This document shows, piece by piece, positions 61,904-64,000 of a DNA stretch of 64,000 bases. Origin of the DNA: Octopus vulgaris (lineage: Eukaryota); contig OX597817.1 in NCBI GenBank assembly GCA_951406725.2, forward strand, positions 43,152,001 to 43,216,000, written 5' to 3'. The number at the start of each line of letters is the position of its first letter. Within the stretch, counting starts at the first letter, position 1. Both the position numbers and the translations under genes were made by a program. The notes beneath the pieces were generated by a model, which saw only the letters and a list, made by a program, of their open reading frames with translations, ran no database searches and was not told the DNA's origin.

Positions 61904-64000
61904 TCAGATACACATGCGCACGCATTTGCACAGCCCGATGGGTCTCCGCATAATCTCTTTTTTACCAAAATTCACGCAGAAGACCGACTGGCCTAAAACT
62001 ATTATAAGCACAGTACTAGGGAACCACATTGTTGCGATGAGACTTCCTTAATCACGCAACTATATTTAGCGCGTGGCTTAGTGGTTAGGGTGCTCTACTC
62101 AAAATCTCAAGATTGTGGTTTCGATTCCAGAACCGGACAGTTTGTTGTTTTCTCGATCAAAACGCTTCGTTTCACATTGTTCCAATTCTCTCAGCTGTAA
62201 ATGATTTCCAGCAATAGCTGCGAAGTTATCCCTGAAACAAGCAACGGTAAGTGATGTCCTCTCAGTCGCTTAAATGCCATAGTAACCGGGTTAAGCTCCG
62301 GCCTAGTGTGTCTTAGTGTTCATGAGTGAAGGCGCCTGGCTTAGCGGTTAAGATATTTGGTTCGTGATCGTAAGGTCACGAGTTCGATTCCTGGCAGCGC
62401 GTTGGGTCCTTGAGAAAGACACTTTATTTTACGTTGCTTCAGTCCACTCAACTGACAAAAATGAGTTGTATCTGTAATTCAAAGGGTCAGACTTGTCACA
62501 TTCTGTGTCAAGCAGAATCTCCCAGAGAACTACTTTAAGAAAGGTACACGTATCTGTGGAGTGCTCAGCCACTTGCACGCCAATTTCACGAGCAGGCTGT
62601 TCTATTGATCCTATTAACTAGAATACTCGTTCTCATAACCGACGGGGGGCCAGTTACATGACGCATATAATTGATGATTACAAAACGTAAATGCTATAGT
62701 TTCGTATAATTAGTTGATTTTCGTCAGGAAATGTATTTTGTTTTCATACGATAGACGATTTTTTCCCGCTGGAGTTAAGTACAGAGCCCAGTTGAATGCT
62801 GCCTAGGACACCAAATTGTGAATAACTGAAAAATCTACGAAAATGAAGGTCAATACTTTAAACGATGTAATAAGATATTGCCAAATATCAGCGACTAAAC
62901 AATTTGGCTGTCGCTAAATATCAAGAGGTATTGACATTTAGACGAAACACTGCAATCCTCTATAATCATTTCGTGACAAAACGACTGAAAGCTGACTTAA
63001 AATGTAACCCTTGATGTCATAACTTTCACTGAAGAGTCATCAATATTAACCTGTAAGAGCGATAATAGTAGCTGTTTAAGAGATTATTGCAATTCTTTCG
63101 AATAGCTGCACTGACGTTCGACAGGAGTAACTTCTTGTTGATGTGTCTAGAGACTTAGATTCTTTTATAGATTTTGGTGTGAACTTTTTGATGGTATTAA
63201 GGATGGTGGTATTAAAAAGTGTCAAACTTCTATTGAAATGTTTTCTTTTATTTTTCTGTTGGAATAGAGAAGAATATGATAAATATTAAATTTTGCGAAT
63301 GATTTTTGTGCCATTTCATTTGACTCTTGCAATTGCTGTAGTTGATTTTTCCATATTAGGATAATAACACATAACTTTTTGTAAGTCCTCGCAATAGTAG
63401 ATATTAATTTTTGTTCCTAGACTTCAATGTTAGTCTTGTAACTGCAACAAAAAAGTTGTAGCGTACGCTACAGGGCTGAGTGCTCTGTGGTCAGTGGTCT
63501 AGAACCAAAGACGCTCGATTCGATGAATCGCTGTGTTTTATAGCAAATTACAGGCTCAAACGGAGCTTTAGAAAAAATCTGTGTCACGGGACCTTATCAG
63601 AAGGATGCGATTGGTCGGGCTGCACATTGGTGCGTAATAGAGCAAAAGACAAACTGCGCTAATACCAATCAATAAGAGTAGTGGACACAACAGGGCTCAA
63701 ACGGCCGATGGTTAGCTGTTATCTGCTACGTCCGTATTTATGTTATATAAAATAGAGAGAGAGAGAGAAAGAGAGAGAGAGAGGGAGAGAGAGGCAGAGC
63801 GAGGGAGAGAGAATTTCACTAAGCGTACGCTACAAAGTTATTTTTTAAAAATACGGCATGATTTACAACATTTCTTGTTTCGTATTTGAAAACATTCCAT
63901 ATTTAAGGTTTCTTTGAGATTTTCGTTTCGTAATTCTTTAATGTATTATAAGGATAATACGTTTTTGCTGCCACTACATGACTTAAACATTTTGAATGCT

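Noticed and set aside
63455-63840. TGTAGCGTACGCTACA palindrome with a related copy near 63822
   Set aside because: Probably subterminal motifs of an unresolved transposon; no TIR or TSD boundaries could be fixed before the window end

Overview
AT-rich, microsatellite- and repeat-dense eukaryotic DNA; the SINE and LINE families point to a coleoid cephalopod, probably Octopus (inference). The only host gene I can support is GFM2 (mitochondrial ribosome-recycling factor EF-G2mt/RRF2mt) on the minus strand. It has 8 coding exons from 19275 to 4217, all GT-AG and phase-consistent, giving 766 aa. The rest is mobile DNA: four SINE-like families, MITEs (mariner, Tc2-like, hAT, TTAA-type and a TTAGGG-containing family with 8-bp TSDs), non-autonomous Helitrons, a Merlin transposase relic, and fragments of R4/Dong, CRE, CR1, RTE and Penelope-like retroelements. 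The most notable hidden signal is a set of minimal type I hammerhead ribozymes in unrelated repeats. One lies sense-oriented in GFM2 intron 2, one inside a tRNA/B-box-headed SINE-like element downstream of GFM2, one next to a 111-bp palindrome whose arm starts at the cleavage site, and one in a Penelope 3' UTR. A SINE also forms 184-bp head-to-tail multimers with identical junctions at three loci. Repeat boundaries are read by eye and are approximate unless TSDs or TIRs are quoted.
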